64,000 nt of DNA. Origin: Eledone cirrhosa (taxonomy: Eukaryota). The stretch is from positions 19,406,001 through 19,470,000 of the forward strand of contig OZ024751.1 of assembly GCA_964016885.1 (NCBI GenBank). Direction: 5' to 3'. The position numbers and the translations under genes are program-made. Below are positions 44,402 through 59,711 of the stretch, in pieces. Numbering within the stretch: position 1 is the stretch's first letter; every line of letters starts with the position of its first letter. The notes beneath the pieces are model-generated. The model ran no database searches. It was not told the DNA's origin and worked only from the letters and a program-made list of their open reading frames with translations.

Positions 44402-46039
44402 TACACACACATATATATACACATATATATACATACACATATATATACACATATATATACACACATATATACATACACATATACATACACATATATACAT
44501 ACACATATATATACACACATACATATATATACACACACATATATATACACACACACATATATATACACACACATATATATACACACACATATATATACAC
44601 ACACATATATACACACATATACATACACATACATATATATACACACACACATATATATATACACACATATATACACATACACACATATATACACATACAC
44701 ACATATATACACATATACAATATATATATACACACACACACAATATATATATATATACACACACATACACAATATATATATATATATATATATACACATA
44801 CACATATATATATATACACACATATATATACATACATATATATACACACATACATACACACATACATACATATATATAATATATACATATATACACACAT
44901 ACACATATATATACACACACACACACTATATATATATATATATATATCTCCCATCTATCTCTTCAAAGTCCTGTTATGTTTTACTTAATGCCATTGAAAA
45001 ACTAAAAATAATGAAAAAAAAATTAAACAAAAAACAGAAAAAAACAAAGAAATATAATATAAAGGAAAAGGAAGGAAGGAGAGAAGGAAGGAAGGAGAGA
45101 AGGAAGGAGAGAAGGAAGGAAGGAGAGAAGGAAGGAGAGAAGATACGGTGAGGAAACATGGAAACAAGTTTCTGTAACTTATAAAAGATTACAGGACTAC
45201 TGTAGTAGCAGTAGTAGAGGTGGTAGTGGTGGTAGTGGTGGTAGTGGTAGTGGTGGTAGTAGTAGTGGTGGTAGTGGTAGTGGTAGTGGTGGTAGTAGTA
45301 GTGGTGGTAGTGGTAGTGGTGGTAGTGGTGGTAGTAGTGGTGGTGGTGGTGGTATTAGTGGTAGTAATAGTAGTAGTGGTAGTAGTAGTGGTAGTAATAG
45401 TAGTGGTAGTAGTAGTGATAGTAGTATTAGTAGTGGTGGTGGTGGTGGTAGTAATAGTAATAGTAGTAGTAGTAGTGATAGTAGTAGTAGTAGTGATAGT
45501 AGTAGTAGTAGTGGTGGTGGTGGTAGTAGTAATAGTAGTGGTGGTGGTAGTAGTAATAGTAGTGGTGGTGGTAGTAGTAATAGTATTGGTGATGGCGATG
45601 GAAGTGGTAGTGGTGGTAGTAGTGGTGGTAGTAGCAGCAGTAGTAGTAATAGTTCACCCAACCAACATGTGCTCTTTGTTTAAAGAAAAAGAAAAGGGTC
45701 TGATAAAAAGACTGATAGAAAAAATGGTGAGAGGGGGGGGGGGGGGGTTCAAGAAAAAGAAGAAACAGCTGTAAAACCAACACACACACACACACACACA
45801 CCAACAAAAAGAGCAGAAAGAGAAACCGACTTTGCCCTCAGTCAGCCCGCGGTGGGCCGGAAAATGAAAACATTTATTTCTCCCACCCAACTTCACTAAC
45901 CCACCCCATCACCCCAACCAACTACACCCCACCCCCACACCAACACACACACCCCTCCCCCCGTCCTCACCAACTGTAACCGACCCCTTATTTCTGAGAA
46001 ACAAAAGATCCAGACAATGTAATCATAACTATGGTTTTT

Positions 46040-47298
46040 TTTATGTAAGGCACAATGTCAGCAATTTGTAAGGAGGGAGAAAATTCTACCCCCCCCCCCG
46101 TCCCCAGTACATGACTGGTACTTTATTTTATCAACCCCGAAAGGATGAAAGATAAAGCTAACTTAGGCCTGATTTGAACTCACAACGTAAAGATTCCCAA
46201 CAAACCAGCAAAACATTTGTCCGATGCTTCAGCATCTCTGCCAAGTCCACCATCTTGAAAATATAGTAAAGATAATCGTTTCTGATTTAGGCACAATGCT
46301 AATAATTTTTTTTTGGGGGGGGGGGGGGGGATTGATTAAATCGACCCCAGTGCGTTACTGGTACTTTATTTTATCGACTCGGTCAGGATGGACGCCAAAG
46401 CTAACCTAGGTGGGATTTGAACTCAGAAGGTAAAGAGCCGTAACTCTCTGCCGCAAAGCATGGCGTCCGACGCTCTAACGATACTGTTAATTAATCCACA
46501 TAGTCATTGTTTCTACTTTAGGCACAAGGCCAGCAATTATCCCAGTGCATTACTGGTACTTTATGTTATCGACCCCCGTAAGGATGAAAGGTAAAGTTAA
46601 CCTCGGCGGGATTTGAACTCAGACCATAAAGGGCCGTAACTCTTTGCTGCAAAGCATGGCGTCCGACCCTCTACCGATAAATAATGGCTTCTGATTTAAG
46701 CACAAGGCCAAAACAATGTTGGGGGGAGGGGGGAGAAGAATCGACTAAATCGACACCAGCACGTTACTGGTACTTTATTTTATCGACCCCCGTAACGATT
46801 AAAGGCAAAGCTAACCTCGGCGGGATTTGAACTCAGAACGTAAAAGGGCCGCAAAGCATGTCTGACGCTCTAATATTACTGCCAACCCACCACCCTTCTG
46901 TTTACTTTTAGCACAAGGCCAGCAAATTGACTGGAAGTGGAGGGGATAAAAATCATCAATTAAATCGACCCACATACATTACAGGTACTTTGTTTTATCG
47001 ACCTCAAACAAAATGAAATATAAAGTTTATCTTAGATTTGACCTCAGAATGTAAAACGACTAAACAAATACAGCAATGTATTTTGTCCGATGCTCTAACG
47101 ATTCTACCATAGACACAAGGACAACATTTCTGGGGGGAGGGCGGGAGGGGGGGGGGGTAAATCGATAAATCGACTTCAGTACTAGACTGGTCTGGTATTA
47201 TATTTTGTCGATGACCTGGAGATTTGAACTCAGAACTTAAAATGTCGGAACAAATACTGCAAGGCATTTTGTCCGACGATCAATCGATTCTGCCAATA
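46040..47298 (-). mobile_element. Head-to-tail array of about 6 major-family SINE copies
   Basis: GGTACTTTATTTTATCGAC...GATTTGAACTCAGA recurs near 46115, 46360, 46555, 46770, 46985 and 47195 in the same orientation. Confidence 0.82.
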
Positions 47299-48033
47299 TC
47301 TGACCCAATGCAACTACATCATCATCAGCATCATCATCATCAACACCCCACACTAAATCTTACAGTACTACACACTACCGTCACACGTACTACCAATACC
47401 ACCAGCATCAACCTCATCACCAATAACGCCATCATCATCATCACCGCTAACAACGGCATCACGATCACCACCACCACCAATATCAGCATCCTCTCCTCAG
47501 CACCACTACGGCCAACGCCAACAACAACAACAACTTCACTACCACCACCATCACCAGTAACATCAGCATCACCGCCATCACCACCACCAACAACAACAAC
47601 AACAACCAACGTTTGAACAATTAAATATAGAATGTGAATTGACAACTGCCTGCAAGGTGGCGCCCGTATGTAAAATGGCGGAGAAAATATGTGAAAAGAT
47701 CTAATCCAATCAGAGTATTTAGAGAGTTAAATATACACACACACAGTCATCTTACCACATACACATACGTAACATACACACACACACAGCGAGAGAGCCA
47801 TCTAACCACAAACATACACATACGTAACATACACACACACACAGCGAGAGAGCCATCTAACCACAAACATACACATACGTAACATACACACACACAGAGC
47901 CATCTAACCACATAAACACACACACTCGGGCCTATTCAACCAGACGACCAACCACACACACACACACACACACACACAGCCATCTAACCAGACACATATA
48001 CACATAAAGCCAACCATACAGACACACACCCAA

Positions 48034-48081
<48 letters not shown>

Positions 48082-48489
48082 CCATCCAACCAGAATAATA
48101 TACACATAAAGCCAACCACACATACACAAAGCCAACCACACAGACACACACACACACAGCCATCTAACCAGACACATATACACAAAGCCAACCATACAGA
48201 CACACACCCAACCACACACACGCCCAACCACACACACACGCACAACCACACACACACACACACACACACACAGCCATCTAACCAGACACATATACACATA
48301 AAGCCAACCATACAGACACACACCCAACCACACAAACACACACACACACAGCCATCTAACCAGACATAATCACAGACAGCCATCTAACGAGACACACACA
48401 CACACACATTCCCTTACCCAACCAATCAGCCAGCCACACTTGCACATACATACATACAACATCACACCCACCCAACCGGCCAACCACGT

Positions 48490-48529
<40 letters not shown>

Positions 48530-49403
48530 TATATAAATATATACACACACAACAGACATACACCGTCCCTCCACCATCACCACCACCACAGAACAATATA
48601 CGTCACCGTTCTTCATTATTACGGTGCCGTCTGTGTACTACATACATCATGTTAATATGTGTGTGTGAGTGTGTGTATATATATACACACATGTATACGC
48701 ATATATATATACATGTATATATACATATGTACATATACAGATATATATATATACATATACACATATACACATATACAATATATATACATATACATATATA
48801 CATATACACATATATATATATATACATATACAATATATATACATATAGATATGTATATAGACATATACACATATATATATACATATAGACATATACACAT
48901 ATACACATATAGACATATACACATATAGACATATACACATATATATACATATAGACATATACATAGACATATACACATATATATACATATAGACATATAT
49001 ACACACATATAGACATATACATACATATAGACATATACATACATATAGACATATACATACATATAGACATATACACATATATAGACATATACACATATAT
49101 AGACATATACACATATATAGACATATACACATATATAGACATATACACATATATATATATATACACATATATATATATATACACATATATATATATATAT
49201 ACACATATATATATATATATACACATATATATATATATATAGACATATATATATATATACACATATATATATATACACAGACATATACACATATACATAT
49301 GTATATATACATATATACATATGTATATATATATATACATACATACATATACATACATATACATACATATACATACATACACACATATACATACATACAC
49401 ATG

Positions 49404-49475
<72 letters not shown>

Positions 49476-49798
49476 CATGTATATACATACATATACATGT
49501 ATATACATACATATACATATACATACATATACATACATACATATACATGTATATACATGTATATACATGTATATACATGTATATAGAGAGAGAGATGAGA
49601 TGAAAGTCAATAGGGTTCACCAGATTGAAAATTCTGATAATTGCATAAAGTAATTTACTTAAACTATATTTGGCTTCAGGGGGGGGGGGGGGTAGGAAGG
49701 TTTATATTTACATATCAAGTTATATACGTACACTATATATATATATATATATAATGTATAGACACACACATGTAAATATATATATATATATATATATA

Positions 49799-49990
49799 TA
49801 GGAACAAGTAAGACCCCGACGGCTGAGCTCAAGCCGTTTCGACGGGTAATTCTGTACTGAATTAGCCGTCGAAACGGCTTGAGCTCAGCCGTCGGAGTCT
49901 TACTTGTTCCTATTACCCACTCTACTACCCTAAGTATTGAGTACTTTGGTGCGTTATGGTCCACCTGGTTCCTTACCACATTTCCTTCGT

Positions 49991-49993
<3 letters not shown>
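49799..49993 (+). mobile_element. Family C short fold-back element between (TA)n tracts, carrying the 3' half of a hammerhead
   Basis: Inverted repeat 49799-49912 followed by a tail ending CCTTCGTTATA; contains AGCCGTC GAAACGGC ttgagctca GCCGTC; near-identical copies at 55371, 56393 and 62335. Confidence 0.75.
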
Positions 49994-50042
<49 letters not shown>

Positions 50043-50097
50043 ACTTACTCTATTACGTGCTCCAGTCGAAAAGCTGAGTCCATGCTGCAGTACGGCC

Positions 50098-50126
<29 letters not shown>

Positions 50127-50129
<3 letters not shown>

Positions 50130-50285
50130 GGACACACTAGAAGAGGAAGACCAAGGTTAACGTATGTTGATGCCCTCAGGACAGACACTGGTCTGTTGGA
50201 GATGCAGGATATGGCAGCGATAATGAGGGACAGAGACCGCTGGAGAGAACTCGTCCATGGATCTCGGGAATTTTACCCGCCTTAG
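50127..50285 (+). mobile_element. 5'-truncated 3' end of an RTE-clade LINE ORF
   Basis: GHTRRGRPRLTYVDALRTDTGLLEMQDMAAIMRDRDRWRELV..stop, the typical RTE C-terminal RGRPR...D...DR..WR pattern; flanked by (TA)n. Confidence 0.75.
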
Positions 50286-50307
50286 ATATATATATATGTA
50301 TAGTAAT

Positions 50308-50489
50308 AATTGTTTCTACTTTTTGGCACAAGGCCAGCCATAATCCAGTACATTACTGGTACTTTATTTTATTGACCCCGTAAGGATGAAAGGCAAAGTT
50401 AACCACGGCAGAATTTGAACTCAGAATGGCAAGGGCCGTAACTCTATGCGTCAAAGTATGGCGTCCGACCCTCTACTGATACTGCCAAT
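50308..50489 (-). mobile_element. Major SINE, near full length
   Basis: Consensus match. Confidence 0.82.
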
Positions 50490-50539
50490 AGTAATAATAA
50501 TAAATGTGAAGACTAAAATCCAAAGAGGGCTCGATAAGG

Positions 50540-50588
<49 letters not shown>

Positions 50589-50642
50589 TTAAGCAAAGAA
50601 TCGCTGCTTTCACCCTTAACGGGATCTTCTGAAACTCAGTTT

Positions 50643-50681
<39 letters not shown>

Positions 50682-50724
50682 CAATATATTAACAAATGGA
50701 AACTATATTTATAAAACCATATTT

Positions 50725-50790
50725 ATTTCATTATACATATTTCAAGAGCCACCAGAGTAAACTATGGTGCGCTTTCATCAGATAAAATAT
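50725..50790 (-). ncRNA. Type-I hammerhead motif (family A, diverged)
   Basis: Reverse complement: TATTTTAT CTGATGA AAGCGCACCA..TGGTGGCTCTT GAA ATATGTAT A ATGAAAT; element about 50682-50980 shares its tail with 40860-40945. Confidence 0.72.
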
Positions 50791-51240
50791 AATATAGGTT
50801 AGTTTTATAAATAAATATTGACATACCCTTAAAAAAAATGCAACCATTCTGGTTGGAATCTCCTGGATAGTCATATTAATATATTGTATATTTACTCCAA
50901 TAATTTGTTGAGTGCTTTATATCAGTTATAAAAATATTGAGCTTGTTGTATCCCAACAAATTAAATATAACGTCTACATATATATATATATATATACATA
51001 TATACATATATATATTCTTAGAAAAATTGCAGAAATCTCAAACGCAAAAGATAACAGTAAACGCAGTCGATTGATATAAATAATAGCTTAGAAAACCGGG
51101 TAAAATACCCCGATAGACGAGGAAATGTGGCCAGTAGCAGCTAGGAAGTCCCTCTCAAATTCAGGGAGATCCTTCTGTTCCATTGAGTCAAACCACCCCC
51201 TGTCAGTACTCTTCGTAGATGGAGACATTATGATTATTGT

Positions 51241-51279
51241 CTTCTGATGATCGGCCAACAAGCTGTGAAACAGGTAAAT
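51241..51279 (+). ncRNA. Short hammerhead-like motif
   Basis: CTGATGA TCGGC caacaa GCTGT GAA ACAGGT A; weak stem I. Confidence 0.5.
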
Positions 51280-52296
51280 ATTTTCACAGCGAGCCTTATA
51301 ATCTGCAGTTTATATCTTTTGGTTTATGTAAGTGAAAGAGAAGGAAGGTGGGGGAGTAGCTAGACACACATGATGATGATGGTGATGACGGCGATGGTGG
51401 TGATGGTGATGACGGTGATGGTGATGGTGGCGATGGTGAGGACGGTGATGGTGATGGCGGCGATGGTGAGGACGGCGATGGTGAGGACGGCGATGGTGAT
51501 GACGGCGATGGTGAGGACGGCGATGGTGAGGACGGCGATGGTGAGGACGGCGATGGTGAGGACGGCGATGGTGAGGACGGCGATGGTGAGGACGGCGATG
51601 GTGAGGACGGCGATAGTGAGGACGGCGATAGTGAGGACGGCGATAGTGAGGACGGCGATAGTGATGATGATGGTGGTGATGACGATGAAGGTGATGGTGA
51701 TTATGGTGATGACGATGATGGTGATAATGATGGTGATGATGGTGATAACGATGCTGATAATGATGGTGATGGTGGTGATAATGATGGTGACGGTGGTCAT
51801 GACGATGATGGTGATAATGATGCTGATAATGATGGTGGTGGTGATGGTGGTGATAATGATGTTGATGACGATGATGGTGATAATGGTGGTGATAACGATG
51901 ATGGTGATGACTACAATGATGGTGATGTCTAATAATTAAAGATGCATTGATCATGTCAAGAAGACAAACTTCAAAACTCATGTGCAGCAGTTACCCGAGG
52001 AGTCAGTTTAAAACGAGGCGCCTCGCTTGACACCGGAAGTTGTCCAACCAGAAAATTAACACACTGCAAGCTCCATTACAATACTGACGGACATATTTAC
52101 ACCATGTAATCTTATATAAGCTACTTTATACGTGTATATATATATATATATATATACATATATATATACACATATATATATATACACACATATATATATA
52201 TATACATACACGCACAACATACACGATATATATATACACGATATACATATACACGGTACATATACATACACGATATATATATATATAAATATCGTG

Positions 52297-52352
<56 letters not shown>

Positions 52353-52430
52353 TGTATGTATGTATATATATATATATAGTAATAATAATAAAATTGAAGA
52401 CTTTTAATAAATATATATATATATATCGTG

Positions 52431-52485
<55 letters not shown>

Positions 52486-53348
52486 TGTATGTATGTATAT
52501 ATATATATATATATATAGTAATAATAATAAAATTGAAGACTTTTAATAAATATATATATATATATATATATCGTGTATGTATATATATATATATATATAG
52601 TAATAATAATAAAATTGAAGACTTTTAATAAATATATATATATATATATATATCGTGTATGTATATATATATATATATATATACATGTACATGATATATA
52701 TGTATATACATAAATATACACGATATATATACATATACATACACGATATATATACATACACGATATATATACATACATACATATACATACATGATATATA
52801 TACATACATATACATACACATACATGATATATATACATACATATACATACACGATACATATACATACACGATATATATACATACACGATATATATACATA
52901 CACGATATATATACATACATATACATACATGATATATATACATACATGATATATATACATACATATACATACATGATATATATACATACATATACATACA
53001 TGATATATATATATACATACATATATACATACATGATATATATATATATACATACATATACATACATGATATATATATACATACATATATACATACATGA
53101 TATATATATATATATACATACATATACATACATGATATATATATACATACATATACATACATGATATATATATACATACATGAAATATATATATATATAT
53201 ACACACACACACATGATATATATATATGATGAGATATATATATATATATTATATATAGAGTAGGTGAATGTAAATAAAGGAAACTATTTTTTTCTTGTGT
53301 GTGTTTATGAAAATCTGCTCATTAATTTTCCTTTCTTGTTGAGACTAC

Positions 53349-53389
53349 CATTACACGTTTCACAGCCAATTGGCCGTTCATCAGAATAC
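53349..53389 (-). ncRNA. Short hammerhead-like motif
   Basis: Reverse complement: CTGATGA ACGGCC aatt GGCTGT GAA ACGTGT A; stem I imperfect. Confidence 0.6.
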
Positions 53390-54731
53390 AAGTAGCTTTA
53401 CAGTGTCTACAAAGAGCGTAATAGTTATATCATTCAAAAACTAGGACTTAACCTGAAACGACAAAGCTAATTTCCATAATGTGCATTCGTCGGCAACGTA
53501 ATTAATTATATAATGGTGTCTTGTGCAGGCATAAGGCCAACAACTTTGGGGTAGGGGTAATTTGATTAAATCGACCCTCAATGCGTTACTGGTATTTTAT
53601 TTTATCGACCCCCGTAAGGATGAAAGGCAAAGCTAGCCTCGGCGGGATTTGAACTACAAATATTATGTACTTTATTTAAAGTTAGTTGCATAAAATGTTT
53701 TGCCTTATTTAATGGCGACAAAACTACCATTTTATACAAGCCTCGCTGTGAAAATTTAACCAAATGTGGAAAGAACCCGTTAAATGAGGTGCAGACGTCA
53801 GTAGAATATGTTTTAATACACATCAGCCATTCATCAACACTTACAACACTTCTTACTTCACCACCCTCTGTAAGAGAGGAGGGATGAGGAGAATGTCGAT
53901 GAAATGACTGGGGTAAGTAGGGCGATCATTTGGATGGGGTGGGATAATAATATAACACAATAGTGGTGGTGGGGGTGAAAGATAAAGAAAAGAAAACGAA
54001 AGGGGAGAAAAAAGAAATGGAAGAAAAGGTAAAGAAAAAAGAAAAACAATAAAAAGAAAAAGAAAAGGAAGAAGGGGGAAAAGGAGAAAGTTTGAATTTA
54101 GTTAAATAGTTTTAACTAAATAGTTTAACGAGATTCTGGAAGGATGGTTAGTTGGTTAGTTGGTCGGTAAGGTGACTAGATAATAGTGTGAGTGAAGGGC
54201 AGAGGTGAATGTGTAAGGAGAGTGACGAAATAAGAATCTCTCACCCAAAGCACACGCGTTCAAATATGCACACATGCACACACATTCAAACTTATAGACA
54301 TTTACATACAATCATATATATATATATATATACAGCCAAACATATATTCTTCCTGCATACAAACATATATGTCTATACAAACACACACACACACACACAT
54401 ATCTATACACATACATACGCACATATCCACACACATCCATATATACACACACAGGCACGCTATTTAACGTTATGACACTTAGACAAATGATTAATGACAT
54501 TCTGTACATTATTAACTCTTTAAATATATATATATATGTATATATATGTATATATATGTATATATATGTATATATATGTATATATATGTATATATATACC
54601 TTTTTATTCTATTTTACGTTGTAACATTTAAGGATGTGTACAGAGAGAGACAGAGAGGGAGAGAGAGACAGACATACAGGCAGAGAGAGAGAGACAGACA
54701 TACAGGCAGAGAGAGAGAGACAGGGAGAGAC

Positions 54732-54782
<51 letters not shown>

Positions 54783-55338
54783 GACAGGGAGAGAGAGACA
54801 GAGAGAGACAGGGAGGGAGAGAGAGACAGAGAGAGACAGGGAGAGAGACAGGGAGAGAGACAGAGAGAGACAGACAGAAAGAGACAGGGAGAGAGACAGA
54901 CAGAGAGGGAGAGAGACAGACAGAGAGAGAGACAGAGAGAAATTCATTCTTTTAGTTATCGGATTGCGGCCATGCTGTGGCAACACAATTAAGGATTTCA
55001 TTCAATAATAACGACTGTAGTTTTTGTTTCAAACCTGCACTTTTTTTTTTATTGATTTGTTTATCGAACCGCAAAGTTGGAAGATATATAGAGAGACACA
55101 ACAAACTAACGTTTAACACATAAACAGACATATACACATGTCTATAAGTGTGTGCAGTAGAATGATGCCACGTTAGTTTAACGCTTGATATAGTAGGAAC
55201 ACACTCAATGTTTCGGGCGTTAGACCTTCATCGGCAGAAACAATGAGGGAAAAGAAGAATTAGAAATATAGACGAGATTAAGCAAAGGACAATAGTAAAA
55301 TTTCCTTTATAGGATAAAAGTATGTGTGTGCCTGTATA

Positions 55339-55370
<32 letters not shown>

Positions 55371-55372
<2 letters not shown>

Positions 55373-55589
55373 ACGAAGGCAGTGTGGTAAGGAACCAGAT
55401 GGACCATAACGCACCAGAGTACTCAATACTTAGGGTAGTAGAGTGGGTAATAGGGAAATGTTCAAGACCCCCGACGGCAGAGCTCAAGCCGATTCGACGG
55501 CTATTTCTGGACTCAAATATAGTCCAGAAATAGCCCAGCAATAGCCGTCGAAACGGCTTGAGCTCTGCCGTCGGGGTCTTGAACATTTT

Positions 55590-55593
<4 letters not shown>
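55371..55593 (-). mobile_element. Family C fold-back element
   Basis: Reverse copy of the 49799 element plus an inverted partial copy; internal hairpin GGCTATTTCTGGACT/AGTCCAGAAATAGCC; (TA)n on both sides. Confidence 0.75.
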
Positions 55594-55632
<39 letters not shown>

Positions 55633-55875
55633 GCACACACAACGGGCTTGTGTACAGTCTCCATCTACCAAATTCCACACAGAAAGTATAGGTCAACGCA
55701 ACTCTTCCTTACACTCCAAAAACATTCACACACGAATTTACACACACACACACTCTCTCTCTAACACAGCGATATTTATAAGTATTAGTTTTGTGGCGAG
55801 TACAAAAACAAATTCCTTTACAAGTATGAAAAGGCGACATAGAAAAAAAAATCTAAATAAATAAAACAGTCTTAC

Positions 55876-55913
<38 letters not shown>

Positions 55914-56392
55914 AGCAAATAAATTTATTAGTTTTAAACAAAATCTAAATAAATCAATAGAGAGATTCTACTTTCACTATTGGTGGTGGTAAGTTACACT
56001 GGCAAGAGACTTACATCGGAGAGATCACCCACCACTGATGAACACCCGAAAACTGAAACCTGCGAACTAGGGTTACACTAGTAAACACAACCTACAGCTG
56101 TAGAGAGAGCGAGAGCGAGTGTGTGTGCGTGCGTGTATTGGCGGGATGGGTGGGGGTGCGTCTGTATGTATGGTATGTGGGTGGGTGGGTGGGTGGGATG
56201 CGAGTGTAGAAAATAACAAGCGGAAGACCTCTGATGATCTTCCGCCAAATGTAGACAAGATGAGATCAGATCATAGTACACATGTACACAGAGTGTAAGA
56301 GAGAGAGAGAGTGTGAGTGTGTGTGTGTGTGTGTGTGTATATGATTATATTTGTGTATATATATATATGATTATATTTGTGTATATATATAT

Positions 56393-56554
56393 ATAGGAAC
56401 AAGTAGGACCCCGACGGCTGAGCCAGAATTAGCCGTCGAAACGGCTTGAGCTCTGCCGTCGGGGTCCTACTTGTTCCTATTACCCACTCTACTACCCTAA
56501 GTATTGAGTACTTTGGTGCGTTATGGTCCACCTGGTTTCTTACCACATTTCCTT

Positions 56555-56560
<6 letters not shown>
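56393..56560 (+). mobile_element. Family C fold-back element
   Basis: Same sequence as 49799 with a shorter inverted arm; TA-repeat flanks. Confidence 0.75.
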
Positions 56561-56609
<49 letters not shown>

Positions 56610-56704
56610 TCCCAATGAGAACAACAAAGAATTAAAGATTATTTTGATACACAGCACATCATCAACTTACGTCGTTAAAGGATAGTTGAGAACATCACAG
56701 CACC

Positions 56705-56739
<35 letters not shown>

Positions 56740-57330
56740 CATACTGGTGCGTGTATTTCTTATTGGCAACATGACCCTCCCAAAGCATAACAATATATAT
56801 AAATATATATATATATATATATTAGTGAGGGGGCGAGTATGTGTGTATTGATTAATTAAGTGCAGCAGTGAAACAAAGAGATGAGGCTTTACAGTTAATT
56901 AATTTGTGAATAACTATGTTGACAGAGGAAGATGTCGGGTGAGCTAAGGTGGCGGTCGCTTTCATAAGGAGAGCCAAGAGTTCGAACTTAGTCAGAGACG
57001 CGTGTGTATGTGTGTGTGTGTGTGTGTGTGTACACGTGTGTGTGTGTGTATGTGTGTACACGTGTGTATGCGTATATGTGTACGCGTGTGTATGTGTATG
57101 TGTGTACATGTGTGTATGTGTGTATGTGTGTATGTGTATACGTGTGTATGTGTATGTGTATATGTGTGTACACGTGTGTATGCATATGCGTGTATGAGCG
57201 GGGACATGGAAATACTCGATTTATTGCCCGAGCGTACGGTTAGCTCACCCGGTGTGAGAGACCCCTAATTCCTATCAGGACTTCATTCTTTGGAGAAGGA
57301 AAACTTTTGATGTAAAACCCTGTAAGGGTG

Positions 57331-57378
57331 CATTCCTGATGATTTTATGCGAATGAAACAGTGCTAGTCCTGCCGAAG
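57331..57378 (+). ncRNA. Degenerate hammerhead motif (related to 3491-3556)
   Basis: TTC CTGATGA TTTTatgcGAAT GAAACAG tgctagtc CTGCC GAA; the triplet reads GCC, so it is probably inactive. Confidence 0.5.
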
Positions 57379-58841
57379 CCTTTTCTATATAAACTTCCGT
57401 CTTCACTCTACACAAGTACTGAGGACCTTATTTACTGTGGTTACCCTCGACTCAACTCGGGCCCCACTTTATAATATATATATATATAATAGTACAAGGA
57501 CGAATGGTTACTCCTTCATTACGTTTATTGGTTGGTGACGCGCGTTTCGCTACTGATCAGCTCAAGGTTCGATCTGTATCCATCTAGCCAGACTCTGGAA
57601 TCAAAAGCAAATATTACAATCTGTCTAGCTCTACACCTCAATACTGACGTGAACCTAAACATCGAGGGCTCACCCGGGTGAACCTACAGTAACTCCACGT
57701 TACACTCCCTGGATGGATATATATATATATAACCAAAAGAATGGTCACGTAAGGTTGACAATAAACAAGCGGGCGGTGGCGGTGTAGCAGGGAGGGAGGG
57801 GAGAAATCATTGATAACAACTTACAGCATATAAATAAATTTTTTCCTTTATTTTTCTCTCGTATATAAAAACAAATACAACAACGCCGAGTATTAGACTA
57901 AATATGTTTTATGCGATGTAAAGTGTTAAAACGAAGAGAGCAAACATATTTTACTTTACACCTCAGTCTGTTGATATACGCGGTCGACCGCACCCCACCA
58001 CCACAAACACCACCACCCACGGGCATTTTTATTTTATTTTGGGCTCTGGTTTTGTTTTGTTTGGGGTATTTTTGTTCATTTTTCTGGCTGCTTTTTTTTT
58101 TTTTTCATTTCTTCCCCTCGTCACTATCTATGCTGCCCTTAAAAAAACCCGGTTGATTCGTGGACTGCTTTAAGGTGGCGCAGTTTCAGCGGTGGGAGTG
58201 GAGGGTGGTAGGTGGAGGCTGGGGCAACGGTAGTGATGGGTTGGCGGTGCTACAAGGTTAAGGAGAAACATCTTGAAGGAAAAAAAGAAGCAAAAGCAAA
58301 AGAAGACGGGAACACCAAGTGCAAACATTTGCACTGAGTGAACCCGAACGGGAAAACAAAATAGTCCCGCCCCCTCCACCACGGCAATGTTTATCTTTGT
58401 TGGAAGGGAGGTGTTTTGGGAAGGGGCTTCAAGAAAAAGGGGGGGGGGGCGCAGTCACCCCTTTCGTGTTTATATATATATACATACCTCCACATACACG
58501 TTTTCTATATGTTTGTGTCTTCTCTTACTTTTCTTTATCACACCCCCTCCGTTCCTTCGTTTTTTATTACATATGTGTGTGTGTGTGTGTGTATGTGTAT
58601 ACACATATCTACATGAATGTGTGTGTGTATATATATATATATATATACATACACACACACACATGTATGTATGTATGTGTGATCAAACAAGTTGTAATGT
58701 GACCTTTCCCACCACCCCTTTCCCCTGCAATAAAGGGGGCGTGGAGGGGGAACAAAAGACACATCTGGTGTTAGAATAGAGACGTGGCATAGGACAGACA
58801 TCTAGCACCATCTTCCCTTCCAAAGACACACGTACATGTAC

Positions 58842-58926
<85 letters not shown>

Positions 58927-58955
58927 TGCATACATAAATACATATGTATACAAAC

Positions 58956-59002
<47 letters not shown>

Positions 59003-59056
59003 TTGCATACATAAATACATATGTATACAAACATATATATCTATATATATTACATA

Positions 59057-59250
59057 CACACACAAACATAAGCATACATATACACACAAACATAAGCATA
59101 CATATACACACAAACATAAGCATACATATACACACAAACATAAGCATACATATACACACAAACATAAGCATACATATACACACAAACATAAGCATACATA
59201 TACACACAAACATAAGCATACATATACACACAAACATAAGCATACATAAA
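59057..59250. repeat. 24-bp minisatellite
   Basis: ACACACAAACATAAGCATACATAT, about 8 copies. Confidence 0.92.
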
Positions 59251-59489
59251 TACACACACAAGTCGACGAATGACAAAGTGACGGGTCGGCATGGAATAAT
59301 GTATTTATACAATACACAACTGACAAAAGATGACGATACCTCAAAGATAACCTCACAGATCCCCCCCCCCCCCCCACACACACACACGCCATAAAAAAGG
59401 GACAATTTGAGGATCCTTCTGCATGGAGCTCATCCTGGTAGAAATAGCTACCGATTAATCGGTCTCAAAATCGGTCTCCAGCGTCTAAA

Positions 59490-59711
59490 ATAATGGTTTC
59501 TAGTATAGGCACAAGGACAGCAATTTTTATTGGGGGAGAGGGAGTCGATTAAATCGACCCCAGTGCATGACTGGTACTTTATTTTATTGACCCCGTAAGG
59601 ATGAAAAGCCAAGTTAACCTTGGCCGGATTTGAACTCGGGTCATGAAGGGCCATAACTATACTGCAAAGCATGGCGTCCGACGCTCTACCGATACTGCCA
59701 ATCCACCGCCC
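59490..59711 (-). mobile_element. Major SINE, full length
   Basis: Consensus match ending GATACTGCCAATCCACCGCC; a further fragment at 59960-60035. Confidence 0.82.

Noticed and set aside
55205-57570. Further weak hammerhead-like strings (55207-55237 reverse, 56035-56060, 57535-57562 reverse; also 3916, 39815, 50585 reverse)
   Set aside because: Core boxes are mutated or stems cannot be formed; possibly decayed members, but not supportable individually.
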